This document shows, in pieces, positions 23,288 to 36,219 of a stretch of 42,549 bases of DNA. Both the position numbers and the translations under genes were made by a program. Positions within the stretch are counted from its first letter, which is position 1; every line of letters starts with the position of its first letter. The stretch is taken from NCBI GenBank assembly GCA_021432655.1, contig MU271576.1, forward strand, positions 1 through 42,549. Direction: 5' to 3'. The notes beneath the pieces are model-generated. The model ran no database searches. It worked only from the letters and a program-made list of their open reading frames with translations, and was not told where the DNA came from. The DNA comes from Atractiella rhizophila. Lineage: Eukaryota.

Positions 23288-23661
23288 GTTGGTGGAAGCG
23301 TGGAAGGAATGAGGGTGATGCAGCCTATAACCCTGCGTCTGGAACGAGATGCTCAGAGCTCAGAGGTTTTTCGTTGAAATTGAACTTTTGGGGCGGAATG
23401 ATTGATCGAACTTTGTGACCAAGGAAAAGGTAACACCAAAATGGAATAGAGCCACAACGATTGGCCATGAAGTAAATATTTAGATAGCTGGCTTGCGACA
23501 AAGTGTTTTTCAGGTTGAATTATTGCTGAAATATTTGATTTCGGGGCACTCTACTAACACAACGACCAAGAACAACATCCTCAACCTATCTGCGGCCAAC
23601 TTGAATATCGCAGTGAAGGCAGGTGTTCTACGTGCATTCGACGCAGCTGATTCTCTCGTAG

Positions 23662-24084
23662 ATGCCGGTTTATGGTGGCATCATCATCACCCACAAGACG
23701 CTCCTAGATTGGGGGAGGATGCTGGAAGAAGAGAGGCCGTATGTTCCTAGGGAGGGATGCAGAAAGCACCCTTTCTGGTACCTTCATCGAGCTAGACAAG
23801 ACGTGTCGAATGGACCAAATGTCCGCATCATCCCCCTCCCGTGCGCACCAGGCACACCTTCAGACGAGTTCCTTTATGTGATCGCGTGTGGACGATCGCC
23901 TTATCAGGGTTTCACGAACAAGTCATTTGCAGAGCTGGGATACGATCAAAGTAAAGTTCCTTATCCAGTGAAACTCAGCAAATATGTTGCTGGCGTTCAA
24001 GAGGTGTTGGATAAGCGGGGTATGTCGCCATCTCTCTGGAGGAGCTTTGGACTGATGTCGCAGAGGTTAAGGTTTGAAGCATGA
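23662..24084 (+). CDS. Hypothetical 140-aa protein
   Basis: Intronless ATG-initiated ORF with protein-like composition; no family recognised. Confidence 0.45.
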   Translation: MPVYGGIIITHKTLLDWGRMLEEERPYVPREGCRKHPFWYLHRARQDVSNGPNVRIIPLPCAPGTPSDEFLYVIACGRSPYQGFTNKSFAELGYDQSKVPYPVKLSKYVAGVQEVLDKRGMSPSLWRSFGLMSQRLRFEA

Positions 24085-24797
24085 GGGTTATCAAAGTGTT
24101 TTCGTCGCAAATTTCATAGCGAAGACGTGAGCTCCATAGTTCTATGTCATCTTAATCCATATTGCGTGCGTGTCTTCCCCATTCGGAGCCAGCCAGAGGG
24201 CTCAACTTGTACCGGTTCGTGGTGTGGATGCTGCTAAAGGAATCATCCTTGGCTAAAGAACAGTCCCATTCTGCACTTCATAAGAATCCAAGAATGATAG
24301 ACAGTTCACCTTTCCATCTCCAACTGACGACGTACAGGTCCTGCCTTGCTGGTTTTGGCAATTTGACTTCTTCTGTTCTGTAAACATGCTGCCTTTCTCA
24401 AAAGAATTGGCCCGGGGTCCTATAATTGCTCTTACGAATAGTTAGTAACGAATTGCCGCTGGTCGACAATAAGTCTAGAGGTATTGCCTGTGAGTCGCAA
24501 ACCGAAAAGATGCGTCCGAGTCGATTTTGAAAGAACTGTGTGGAGCCTGAGCTAAACGGGTTCGATGAACATTCAACGTGCAACATTTTTCAATGTTGAA
24601 AGATGGGTACGACTACTCCATGAGAAGGCGAAACACGGCCAGGAATCGTTAAAACTACTGAAACCACTTCGCATTGCCCTGTTGTAGATTGCCTGAACAA
24701 ATGTCTAAACCTGGTGCTTCATGTAACTCATGGAAATAAATATGTCAGGTCCATCTCTATTCACAAATGAAAGTCGAAAGAATCGGAAATCCGGCTT

Positions 24798-26107
24798 CTA
24801 CCTTCTCAAAAACGGCTCATAACTATCAAAATCCTCATCTCTCCTCCTCTCTGGTTCCTGAATCTCTGGTACTCCATACCAACCAGGCGTCCGTCCCTGG
24901 TCTCCTCTCTTCTTCTGTCGACCCTTCCCACGAGCAGGAGGGGCAAAAAAGTTTCTCATTGATGCGGCAACGGATGGTGCTCGAGCGGGACGTGCGGGCT
25001 GTGGACGAGACACGGGTTTATAGACGTATGCTTCGGTTTGCGTGCTCGTGTAAGCCTGGGAAGTGGGATAAGCGGCAGAGTAGTCGTTGACTTCGTAATA
25101 GGAACGGTCGGCAAGTCGACGTTTGCGACGATTGCGCCAGACAACGATGGCAATCACCGTCCCCACGAGAAGAACCGGCACAACAATACCAAGAATTACA
25201 GCAGTGCGATCGGAGAATGGGCGCGGGAAAGGGGATGAGGAATTAGTCGACGTGGAAGTGGAAGCAGTGGATGTGGTTGCGGTCGTGGACCTTAAACGAG
25301 TAGATGATGTGGTGTAGCGACTATCGACAGTTGTTGATGTTTCCGTATTGGTTGATGATGTTGAAGTAGTGGTTGAGGTGGAGGAACTGGTGTCAGTGGA
25401 GAGAGCTAACGCTTCATTTGTTGCATTCGTCCTTGCACCGTCGAGATCCCATGCCGATGTGGTGATTGGAATGAAAGCCCACTCTGCCATGCTGCAATTA
25501 GCAGATGAAGCTCACAATCATGAACAAACGGTAGGAAACAAACTTGGTATATCGGAATCCGCAGGTTGTGCAATGGGGAGGTAGTTAATTGGTCCACCTA
25601 AGCTTCCGACAATTGTTGAATTTGAACACTGAGTTGTCCAGCTTGCCCAATCTTCCACTGAGCGACCTTGGGATGACGTGCATGCCATCACAATGGAGTA
25701 ACCGGGAACACCTGTTGCTGTTTAGTGGTCTGGAAAGGATGATGGATGAGAGTGCGGACTGCAGAGGCATTGGTTCAAGGTGACGTAGTCCTGACCGACA
25801 GTCGTGTCATCGTAGCCTGGAGAGTTGTAGGAGTAGCCATCAGGTAAAGGTGCGAACAACGCCGCTGCTTGAGCAGCTAGCATGGATAAATCAGCTCGAT
25901 TTGCAAGTCTAAAAGCTCTTACCGGAGGAGGTGGATGCTGAAGAGAAAACTCTACTTGCTGCCTCGCAAGGATACTGTCCGAAGGAGTTCTTTGACCTGA
26001 AGGGGTGAAATCTCATGTCAGCCACCTCGCGCAAAGACTGAGCAAACTCACCAATCCCAACTAGCAGCATCCGCAGGTTCAGCCCATCCGGTCAAAGCGT
26101 TCGACAT
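24798..26107 (-). CDS. Single-pass membrane protein: Cys-rich ectodomain, Ser/Thr stalk, TM helix (Mid2/Wsc-like topology)
   Basis: Spliced N-terminal part gives WDWSKNSFGQYPC...CLC...YSIVMAC...WTTQC...IPKWA, a pattern seen in basidiomycete surface proteins. It is followed by a Thr/Ser tract, AVILGIVVPVLLVGTVIAIVVW and RNRRKRR. Confidence 0.75.
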
Positions 26108-26440
26108 GGTCGCTTAGCAGGTTCCAGTCAGTTCTTGCTGGTCGTTCAATTGTGACTCCTTGAGACAGGTTCCAACTAGGTTGTTTTCAGATGCATGTGC
26201 AAGGTGCAAGGGGTCATGCATTCAAGATGCGTGCGTGTTAGGCGGAAAACTCGAGAGAAGTCCCATGGAGCAGGAGCAAGAGCTGTTATGAAGTAAGGAC
26301 TGCTTCGCCCTGACAGGACTGAACGGAACGAGGACGAACCCACGAAGTTCTCCAAAGCAACACGTGATCTGCATCCCTCACTGCCCAACTATTGCTTCGT
26401 TATTCAGCGTAGTGAAGTCTCTGTTAATGTCCTCTACATA

Positions 26441-27301
26441 ATGCGAGTGATTTCTCCTGAGACGTGGATATCTGAGACTGGATTCACGTCCCATTCCAAA
26501 GATGTCGACCTCTCCAATAGACGAGACTTCTATCGTCGTTTACGAGGCGAAATGCCTTTATGGCGCCAACTATTTCTCACGAGTGGCCCTGCGGGATATT
26601 TCTCGTGCTGTCATAGCTTCATATATCATGCCTCAAGACGTACCCTTGGACGAAGAAAGGTTACATTAGAAGCATTCCGTCAGCCTACTCATAGTCTAGT
26701 TCCATTGACTGGTGGTCCATCTTGCGTTGTGAAAGCTGTGGCCGTCGAGATGCAAGATCCTCCGCTATTTCGCCTCCATCCTCTCGATGGATTTGGAATT
26801 TATGGGCATTGGTATGTCCTCCCTTCTCTTTTGATTCAACTAACGAATGCTGAATATTTGGGAACTAGTTACCGCTTCTCATCTGTTCACCGGAACTTCA
26901 GAACTTACAGGCTATGATTCAAAAGCTTCCTCTTTCAAGCGGCATCCGGGATAGCGTTGCATGGGCATCCACCGCATAGACAAATGGTTTGTTCCTGACT
27001 ATTTTACGTCTTTAATGAATTTCTTCTAGTGAATTTTCGTCATGACTGTCTGATTCCAGAGAGGTTTTCTCTAATGACCGAATACCGAATACTGTATGCT
27101 CGGACGAGCAGAGCGATTTTGAGATTTCATGCTGAGGATGCTAAAACTAAAATGGGTCCCAGAGGGTTGTGCAACCGTACAGGAATTCCCAAAGGACCCT
27201 TGGCTACCCGGTTTGAGATGGCAGTTAACAGATTGCAAGGAATGACCGTCCTCCCTCAGCCCTGCATTCAGGCTCCGGGAATGATTGGTATTGTGTTTTA
27301 G
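26441..27301 (+). CDS. Possible spliced hypothetical gene
   Basis: ORF segments separated by intron-like stretches (gtatgt...ctaac...tag near 26812-26868; gtttgt...tag near 26987-27029). No family recognised; boundaries uncertain. Confidence 0.3.
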
Positions 27302-27431
27302 GCGTGTGTCAGACGAGCACATAAAGTACGACAGGACAGAAGTAATGGTACATTGTGTCGAAGGTCTACCATACAATTGACTGATCACTTCACTGCAATC
27401 CATTGTCCACTGCAAGATCTTCAATCCTCCT

Positions 27432-29683
27432 TCAAAGCTCCTCAATCTTCGTATAATTTTTCGGGAAGATGCCTTTCCTCTCGCCCACCTTTCCGGTCCA
27501 CCACTCCTCATCTCCCTTCTCAACCACTTCAATTACGTCTCCCTTCTTAAAGCTCAAATCGCCAGCCTCTACGCCTGCAAAATCAAACAGGGCGATGGCC
27601 ACTGTCCTCGAGGCCGTCACTGTGTGGCCCCTCTTAGGGAGCGTCGGTGGAGCAGCCATCGCGCTAACAGAAGTAGAGGTCGATTTATAGGAAGGCAGGT
27701 TGGCGCGGAATCCATCAAAGTCGAAGTGGTCGACATTATCGTCTGGCAACTCGGTTTCTTTATGCGTTTGGTATTCCTTCTCCTTCGCGCTCGTATGCTG
27801 AGCAGGTGAAAAGTAATTATCCCTCGGCCCAAACGACATCAAGTCCTTTTCTTCCGCCGTTGGTCCCTTCGTATAAGTGAGGGGAGTGCGAGGCTTCGAC
27901 TCTTCTTTCTTCACCGGCTCTCTGAAATGCTCATCGACTTCTTCGTCTGAATATCCTCCACCTCCTCTCCCATCGCCGTTAGGGTTCCACTCTCGATTAT
28001 ATTCGGGTCCGTCATTCCAAGGAATCTGGTTCTTCAGATCCTTGCTACTCGACCTCCAGCTCAATCCCTTCCTCAAGAAATTCCTACTGCCCTTTTTCTT
28101 CGCTCCACTCTTTCCGCTCTTCCAACTCCCCACGCTCGTTCCTGTGCTTTGCCTACTGATGCCACTAGGGCGACTCCTAGTCTCCCTTCCACCAGCGTAG
28201 CGCTCCTCGTCCCCCGAAGAATCGGTATAGTCGGCCCGATTAAAAGTTTCTTGATTAAGCGATGAAAACTGGTTAGAGAATGGATCTGGAGAAGAAGAGC
28301 GTTGAGATTGTGGGTTTGGGTTAGATTTGGAGCGGGACCGGGTGGCAGCTGAAGCAGCTCGATCGTCTTCTTTCTGCCTTTCTTGCGCAAGCCAGGGATC
28401 TTCATCAGCATCGTCCCGGGTGAATTGACTGTCAAATCGCATAGTGGCGGAGTTTCCTATTCCGATGCAACATCATCAGATGGAACGATTGGAGGGGTTT
28501 GGTCGGAGAGAAGAACATCATGAAGAACGCACCGGTATTCCTCCTGGGCAGCTTCCTGCCCTTTGCGCCGACTCCCCCAACTCCACCTGCTCCAACACCC
28601 TCAGCAAAAGCATAGGAGCCCTCCCCTTCCCTCCATTGTTCCGTCATGGGCTTGTCTTTAATCCATCCGCTCGTATCCTCGCCAACACATCTCTCTATCG
28701 TCTCTATCAAGCCTTTCGCGAACTGAGGCGCATCGACGGATCCAGAAAGTAGTTGAGAAGCTGTCACATTCGAATGATATGCTAGTCGATTGGCGTCACT
28801 GCGTTCAACGATGACGGACCCTTCGACTGAAACGCCTATTCCATCCCGTCATTATCAACATCGGAATAGCATGATGGGTTAGCAAACCTCCAAACAGTCC
28901 CCTCGTCTTGCTGTATGAATACATGGTTGCCACCTTTCCTTTGGTGTTCAATCCCGCTGACCCTTCGGTGTTTCTCCCCATCGGTCCTACAGCAATAGAC
29001 AGGTTTCCTCCGCTATATTGACCCAAAGCAGTGTCAAACTTTTGGTTCAATTTTCGATGAGGAAGAGCAGGAGCAAACTGACAGTTGTAGTGAGCCAGCG
29101 GACATGAATGACTTGACGGCAGCGCGGGAATTGAGGATGATCTATCAATCAATCAGTTCACTTCCGGTAGACGACAGAAGAAAATCGTGTGCAGGGTGAG
29201 AACACGTACTAGGAAGTCTGTAATCTCAGCCCCAGCTTGTGCGCCGAAACCTGCGCCACCTGTACCTCTGCCACACACCCTCTGCGTTAGTTTTCATGCT
29301 GGTTGATAAGGAGGAGGAACTCACATTGCGCTTGGAGCGGACCAAGCTGTTCATCACTCGCGATATGAGAATCCTCCGACTAAAGAAGAGAGATGCTCAC
29401 ATCCATCTGGTAACTTGGCCTATCCGATCCGAATTGGTATCAGCTTCTTTTCAAAAGAGTCAAAAAAGAAACAAACAATGACGACTCCAGTTCCAGCTCT
29501 AGCGCTGAACAAAAATCCCATTTTGACGACCTGAAAGATGGCGAAACCTTTGGCAGAGCGCAAGACATGGGGAGGGATGACGCCGTCGAGACCTTTGGAG
29601 GGAGTGACGAACGAAGAAAAGATGGACGAACACTTGGCGCATTCTTTGGGGAGGTTTACGGGGAGTGGATTAAGAGGAGCCAT
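27432..29683 (-). CDS. YSC84: Ysc84/Lsb3 (SH3YL1) actin/endocytosis protein
   Basis: NPLPVNLPKECAK...GVIPPHVLRSAKGFAIF...GFLFSARAGTGVVI, WSAPS, GGNLSIAVGPMGRN and YSYSKTRGLFGG; C-terminal SH3 ALFDF...LSFKKGD...WWTG...GIFPKNY. Confidence 0.95.
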
Positions 29684-30015
29684 CTTGGCTTTGGTGGCGG
29701 ATTCAGAGGGATGTGAGCGAGTGATTGTGGTTTTCAAGGGACGAGGCCGGGGGTCCTCCGAGTTCTTGACTCACGTGACAACTTTCCGCATACCCTGCGA
29801 ACTCCCAGGGGCGAAGCGATTGAATTTGTGCAAGACCGGGATCATTTCGCGTACCGCTTGCTGAATTTACTGCAGTTGATTATTGGAGCAGACTTAGATA
29901 AATCACCCATCAAAGGCAAAAGGCAGGGAATAATGAATATTATGTCAATGCAGATCCATCAAACGTATCCGTAACAATACACACATGAGCACATTCACAA
30001 CCATCTAAACGTCCA

Positions 30016-32994
30016 CTAGTCCGTTAGACGCTTGCAGTAATCAGGATTGCCCTTTGGGTTGAGAGCCCCTATTGAGACACGTCAGGCATGGACAGCAAGA
30101 TTGAGAGGGGGACGTACAGTTAGGGAAGTAGTGAGCAGTTCCCGACGCTCCTCCGACAGCGAAGGACCACACGAAGACCATGACCTGAGCTCCACCGTCG
30201 AGTGCGGCAGAGAGCAAGAAGTTGTATTTCCTGAACCATCTGGGCCTGTACTTCCTCATGTACCACTGCGACCAGATGGCGAAAAGGAAAGAGGTAAAGA
30301 CGGAGGAGTTGATTCCTACGGAGAGGTATCCGAGTTCAGCGACAAGAATGGGAGTGAAGACCTTGTCGAAGTGGGCACGCGGCCAGATCTTGTGTGCGAT
30401 GTAGAAGGGGATGGGGAATCCGAGACCAGCGAGAATCGTAAAAGGCACAAAACCGTAAACTTGACCGGGAGCGTAGAGCGGTTTGGCGAGAGCTCCCCAG
30501 GCAATGGCCGCACTGTGGAAAGAGAAATGTTAGAGAACTCCATTCCAAAGGATGAACCACATACCTGTTGAACGATTGCACTTGTTGTCCAGACCACACA
30601 TTCGTTCCTTGAGTGTCCAAAAGGACATCCCTGTTACCAGCAATGACAGATCTCATGATAACCTACAAATGGGTACATATAAGCTACAGTGGAGTTAGAA
30701 GGAATGAGAACATACATAGTTGAGTAGAGCTCCGACAACGGTTCCAACGCACTGGACCGTGAAGGTAGCACGAGGAGGCAGCTTGGTATACTGTCCGAGC
30801 TTCAAATCACGAAGGAGACCGTAAGCCTGAGTAACCGTGTTGAAGCCGTAGAGGGTGAAATACATGTTGGCGACAGGCTTTCCCGGGATGATAGCACCCC
30901 CGACCATTTGCACGAGGTTCTGAATGGACGGAGCGTATCCGACTGTGCAGTAGAGCGTTCCGACGATGGGAAGGAAGAAGGCGGCAAGGATGAGAGCGAC
31001 CCAGAGACCCCAGAAAGGAAGTTGGGAATGCGATGTGTAGATAGTCGCGCTGATGACAAGGCACTCAATTCTCGGAAACCAAGTTTGGGCCAGACCTACA
31101 GCGCAATGGCGTTGGTAGCGATAAAGATACCAATGTACCAGTACCAAGGTACTTCCTATGTTCCCAATCCAAGTCAGAAAAACAGCAAACAAAACCTGGA
31201 GAGAAGCACGCACCTTGTACACCTTCATCTTCTGATAATGAGGATCATCGCTCTCCTGGGTCCTACTCTTCCTGATAATGTTCCATACATCCTTCGCGTG
31301 CCAGAGGGCGAAGTGGGTGACCATGGCCCCAATGTACATGGTCCTCGAGACTTTGTAAAGCAGTTGGGAGGCGGCATACCAAGGAAGACCCTGTGCCCCA
31401 GTTAAGCAAGAAGACCGAACAAGTTATCAGAAACTTACAACAGCCTCCAGCTTGGTATGGTTGAGCGTAAAGTCGTCGTTGAGAATGGCGAGCTGATCGT
31501 AAGGCGTGCCGTCGCGGTGCCACAACTGTTGGGTGAGGAAGGGGAACGACTTGGCGTGCCAAACATCGAATTCGTAGCAAAGACAGAATGACACGATGCA
31601 GACGACGACACCACCATACAAACTCAATTGAGTGGATAGCGGAGTGAAGAGAGACCCAATAGCTCCACCACCACTGAGCAAACCGTTAATACAGATCCAC
31701 CATTTAGGATAGAAAAAGACGAACGATCCAATGTAGACCCAGTCGAAACAGAGAGAGAACAAGCCCAATCCTTCGTTGTTAGCAGCTCCACCGAAGATTC
31801 TGGTGAACCAAGCGGAGTCCTGATTGGCCAAGCAGAAGATCGAAACACCAGTGAGCGTCGGGGCGATGTACTCAGGGAACCATTCCCTGCGTCAGCCAGT
31901 GAGCAACGAAAACAGACTGCAAGTGAACGAAGACGGACCAGATGAAAATACCGATAAAACATCCCCAGAAGAACTTCTTCCTCTTGGCCTGAAGGAAGAC
32001 TCCTTGACCACGATGCATTGCGTCAAAGAGCTGCACCGTAGGCACCAACATGGGGTAAATGGCGTAGGTGGGGAAAACCAAAAAGTTCCTCATGATACCG
32101 CAGAGACCGTATCCGATGAGCTGAGAACCCAGAAGGGTAAAAATTCCAACAGCTAATTCGCGGGATTGTTAGATAAGCAATAGAAAGCTGAACGGGTACA
32201 CACCAGCATTGGGTTTAACGTTGTAGTAGAGATCCTGAGCGGCAAAAATGGAGATGGCAGTAGCAGACTCTGAGGCAGTCGAGGCTGTGATGATGATGGC
32301 GACGTGCTCCTTGATATTGAACTGTCCGTGGTTCATGAATCGCCAGAAGGGAGTGTCGGCGGTCTTCTTGAGCGCAAGGTCCGAAGGACCAGGGATGATC
32401 CTCTCGAGGAATCGTCCCAAGAGGAAGGCCAAAACCTGAAGGAAGAGTTGGGAGACTGAGACAGTCTGGGGACGAAAGTAAAACAGTTGACCTGAACCAC
32501 AGGTCAGTCAAAGCGCCTTCATGACAGACAAGTTGAGCTCACCCAAAACAGCACCGAAACAAGCAAGACCAAGAGACAGGACGACGGATCGGAAGGTGAA
32601 CCAAGGAGCTTCTGGGTCGTCGTCGAGAGAAACCAAACGGGTGGCGTAGTCAATATCGGTTTCCTGACGCCATAACCTGGTCAAAGGGGGATAACTGAAC
32701 GAACAGCCAAACTCACAATTGGACGCTCGTGACCTGTCTCGTCCATATCAATGGCGCGGTCTGACCACACATCGCCCACTGTGGAGATTTCATCAGAACT
32801 CAGTCACCAATAGAGAAGACAGCGTCACCATCTTGCCTCATGACAACCTCCTTGATGTTCGCCACAGGGACACCCGCCTCAATCGCCTTCTCGTCGTGAA
32901 GGGACTTCTCGTCAATGTCCTCATCGAGGTGCTTCTCCTTGATAGGCTCGTCGCCATAGGCGGGAGTGGTGGTCGTAGGCTGGATATCGGCCAT
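30016..32994 (-). CDS. OPT-family oligopeptide transporter, many introns
   Basis: DDDPEAPWFTFRS, FNIKEHVAI, DDPHYQKMKVY, GKPVANMYFTLYG, LRDLKLGQYTKLPPR, WFRKYNFLLSAALDGG and NPKGNPDYC. Confidence 0.96.
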
Positions 32995-35379
32995 TGTTGC
33001 TCGACGAATAACCTGTGAAAGGCTTCGGAGGCTTGGCTAGCTGTTGAGCTTGGAAGGGGACCAACGAGAGCAAAAAGAGAGGAGAGTGATATTTTATACT
33101 GTAGGCTGGTGCTAGTCCTACATCGCTAGCATGTGGAGAGCCCGATATAGGCGCGTGCAGATAAGCGTCGATCAACGATGATACCGCATGATAAAACAGC
33201 CAAGAGCCGAAGACACTTCGTAAATCAAAAAATAAGGCGCCCTATTCGTCGGGTGCTGGGGACGATTTTGGGTTCGTTGTCTGTGTCCTTCATCGTTCTT
33301 GCCTAGTCTGCCTGTTAATTGTCAGCGACATTTCACGATCAAAGTAAATGCTGACCCCGATGAGCATGGCAGCTGCCCAAGTTAATGGTGTCTCGCGACT
33401 TCCTCCGTCGTCCCAAAGGGCCCAAAACAGTAAGAAGGCACCAAAGTTGTGACGCACGACAGACCTCCGGTTGCAAAATGTGATAGAATGCGTGATACGA
33501 ATCCGAAGCAAAGTCCGTCCTTTATCAACTCCACAAAACTGGGATAAAGCCTGAGCATGACAATCGACTTCTTCTGCAAGCGGTTCCATCCGCATCAACC
33601 GCTGTAACACTCGCTCTTCGTTCGGTTGGAAGCTCGGCTTTTAAAAATTTACACGCCGTTGTATCGCACTGACAGCGAAGGGGAGCCCTGGTGAAGTGGC
33701 GACATAACTGCAAGTTATGGTGCTTTAGGTCCAAATTGAGAATGAATGGACGATGTCGGCAGGCTGCAGGTGCACAACATGATCAAGTCCGAAGATGGTT
33801 CTAAGCACGCCGTGGAAAGCATGGAACAGTGGCACTTCCACGGCCATTCCCAGTGCAAGACGGCCTCCCGAGGGAAGAATGAAGGAGGAAGAAGAGTCAC
33901 ATAATGTTTCCCATAATCATAAAGAACCATTTAGTAACCCCTAAACTGGTGTCGAAGATACGAATGAATGTATAACAGTGCCTCGCTCAGTCCCTCAAGA
34001 AGCTAGTGGGACAGTAGGTTCAATTGCCCTTCAGAACTTGAAAGCGGCGCAGCTTGCATGAAATCCGGCAAAGTAGATGTCTCGTAGACCTCAAGCAGTT
34101 TCAAGCCCGTCAAGTCGCCTCACTCAGAGGTCTTTGACACCAGATGAACAGATCGACAAGATCCCACATGATGCACGATACATGATGCCTTGACAGGACC
34201 AGGACATTCCGTCGTTGTCGCAATCAGAGGGGCTACTTTGCCACATTAGTTCGTACAATCACGTGACTGTCGAACAGACACTGCGAAAGCGCAAAGACAA
34301 GGGTGCACTTGGGCTCACAGGCACCAAGTTCCGTGTGCTTCTCCAAGCCCCATACACCCTCCATGGATAACTTCCTCCATCCTTCTCCACTCAAACTCAC
34401 CTGCTGGCAGACTTTTTGGAGCCTCCTCCGCTGCGGAGCTGGAAGGAGTTCTCGCTTTATCGCTCTTTATTTTTTGAAATTTTCAAATGAGCAGAGCGAC
34501 ATTATAACCCGCCATCATCAAACGCAAAAGTGTTCGATTGATTGTAGTCAAGAGAGCAAGTTTGGCGGCACCAGGACAAGCTTCCAACAAAATGAACCCA
34601 TTCTCAACCCACAACACTCTGCAGCTACAGCTGCAGTAACGCCTGACAGGACAGATGGACACAGAAGAGACGCGCAAGCGAAGAAGGGTCATGCACTCAC
34701 AACTCAGCCAACTACTGCTTAGGTAATGCTCAACATGGCCCTCCGCCTTTTTCTCCCAAGCGCCTCAACCGCTGTCTGCATTTGACTTCCATGAAACCCT
34801 TTGCCAGCTCCTGACCTAGATGTGCTCCTCTTGGACCCTCCATATTTCCTCTTCGTCGTTGAAAATTTTGTGGAGCGGCGAGTGTGGGGCGTCTCGAGTC
34901 TTTTTGACTCGACGTGACCGCAACCCTTGCAGTGACACAGTGCCGCGCGATGAGAACCTAGATTGACCAAAAGGCTGACACGAGCTTGCAAGGAAGTAGA
35001 TGGTGTTCGAAAGCGGCATGTCGTGTTATATTATCGACAGGGGAACCTGAGGCCGCATTCGAAGAGGGAACGTTTTTTCACTAAAAATCCTTGCTGGATT
35101 ATTTGGAGATGAGATGGAGCTTCGCATCCACTGTATTTAAAGAAGTCGCGGTTGGAGATGGACGGACTGTAATCTGATCCTTTAAATCACATGCGGAAGA
35201 AAGCGACAGCGGAACGGAAGAGGAGAGGAGCCCATAACTGAGGTTGAAGCTTTTTATCTATTCCTGACCCACGTCATCACTCGACAATAGACAGGTAAAC
35301 GCATGTTAACGGCGGGAGACTGCAAAAGCCCGACTGGACTGGTCTGGGCTGCCCACTGGCTTCTGTTCTTTAGCACCAG

Positions 35380-35469
35380 GAATAGGGTACTCGAACGGTC
35401 GCCAATCAAAGCAAGAATAAGAATAGGTTACTCGAACGGTGTCGCCAATCAAAGCAAGAATAAGAATAG
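35380..35469. repeat. Tandem duplication of a 41/43-bp unit containing CCAAT
   Basis: gaatagg(g/t)tactcgaacggt(gt)cgccaatcaaagcaagaataa occurs twice, followed by a partial gaatag. Confidence 0.9.
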
Positions 35470-36219
35470 ACTTCCCGCAATATGATACTTATGTCACCCT
35501 CCTTTGTATGATGGGTCTGAACAAAGTCTGGTGCCTAGAATTGGTTCAGAAGCAGTATGCTGAATAAAAAAAAGTGAGGTGAAAATCAAGCTGCAGATTA
35601 AATTCCGTCGTTTTCTTTTATCAACAGGCACTGAGGAGTCCACAAGTGGTTTCATCGACCACTGACGACTAGTTGAGTGTTGGTAGGTAAACTCTCAGGT
35701 GATAGAAGAGGTAATTACTCCAGCCATTAATACTTAAAGACGAGCTCACGAAGAGAACGGAGAAAGACCTGCACGACTAACGGTCGCTCGTTGAGCATTT
35801 AGCTTTTAGTTTTATGAAGGTCAGAGACTGAGCACTGAGCGCTCCAATTCACTTCATGTTTGCAAGGTTCAATGCTGTTAATTCTTGACCAAATCTAAGT
35901 CACTCTTTCACGCGCGGTCAATAGATAAGGGTTTAGCGAACAAAGAGCGGTCCGATCCTAGGATGATCAAGCTCTCTAATCTTTGTTTGCTTGCGCGACG
36001 GCAATAAACATCGAAGCCGACGCACTGGTCGAAAAGAGTGTCTGAAGAAGATTATAGACCATCATCAAAGAATCAATGGGACTGTTTCTCCGAAGATACG
36101 GAGGCGAGGTAAGGGAAAGGACGAATGAGAGTGGGTTGGAAGAATGGTACAACAATTCATTAATCATCCTATCCCAGCAGGTCGTCATAAATTCCAAAGG
36201 CAGCAAAAACCCAGCTAAG

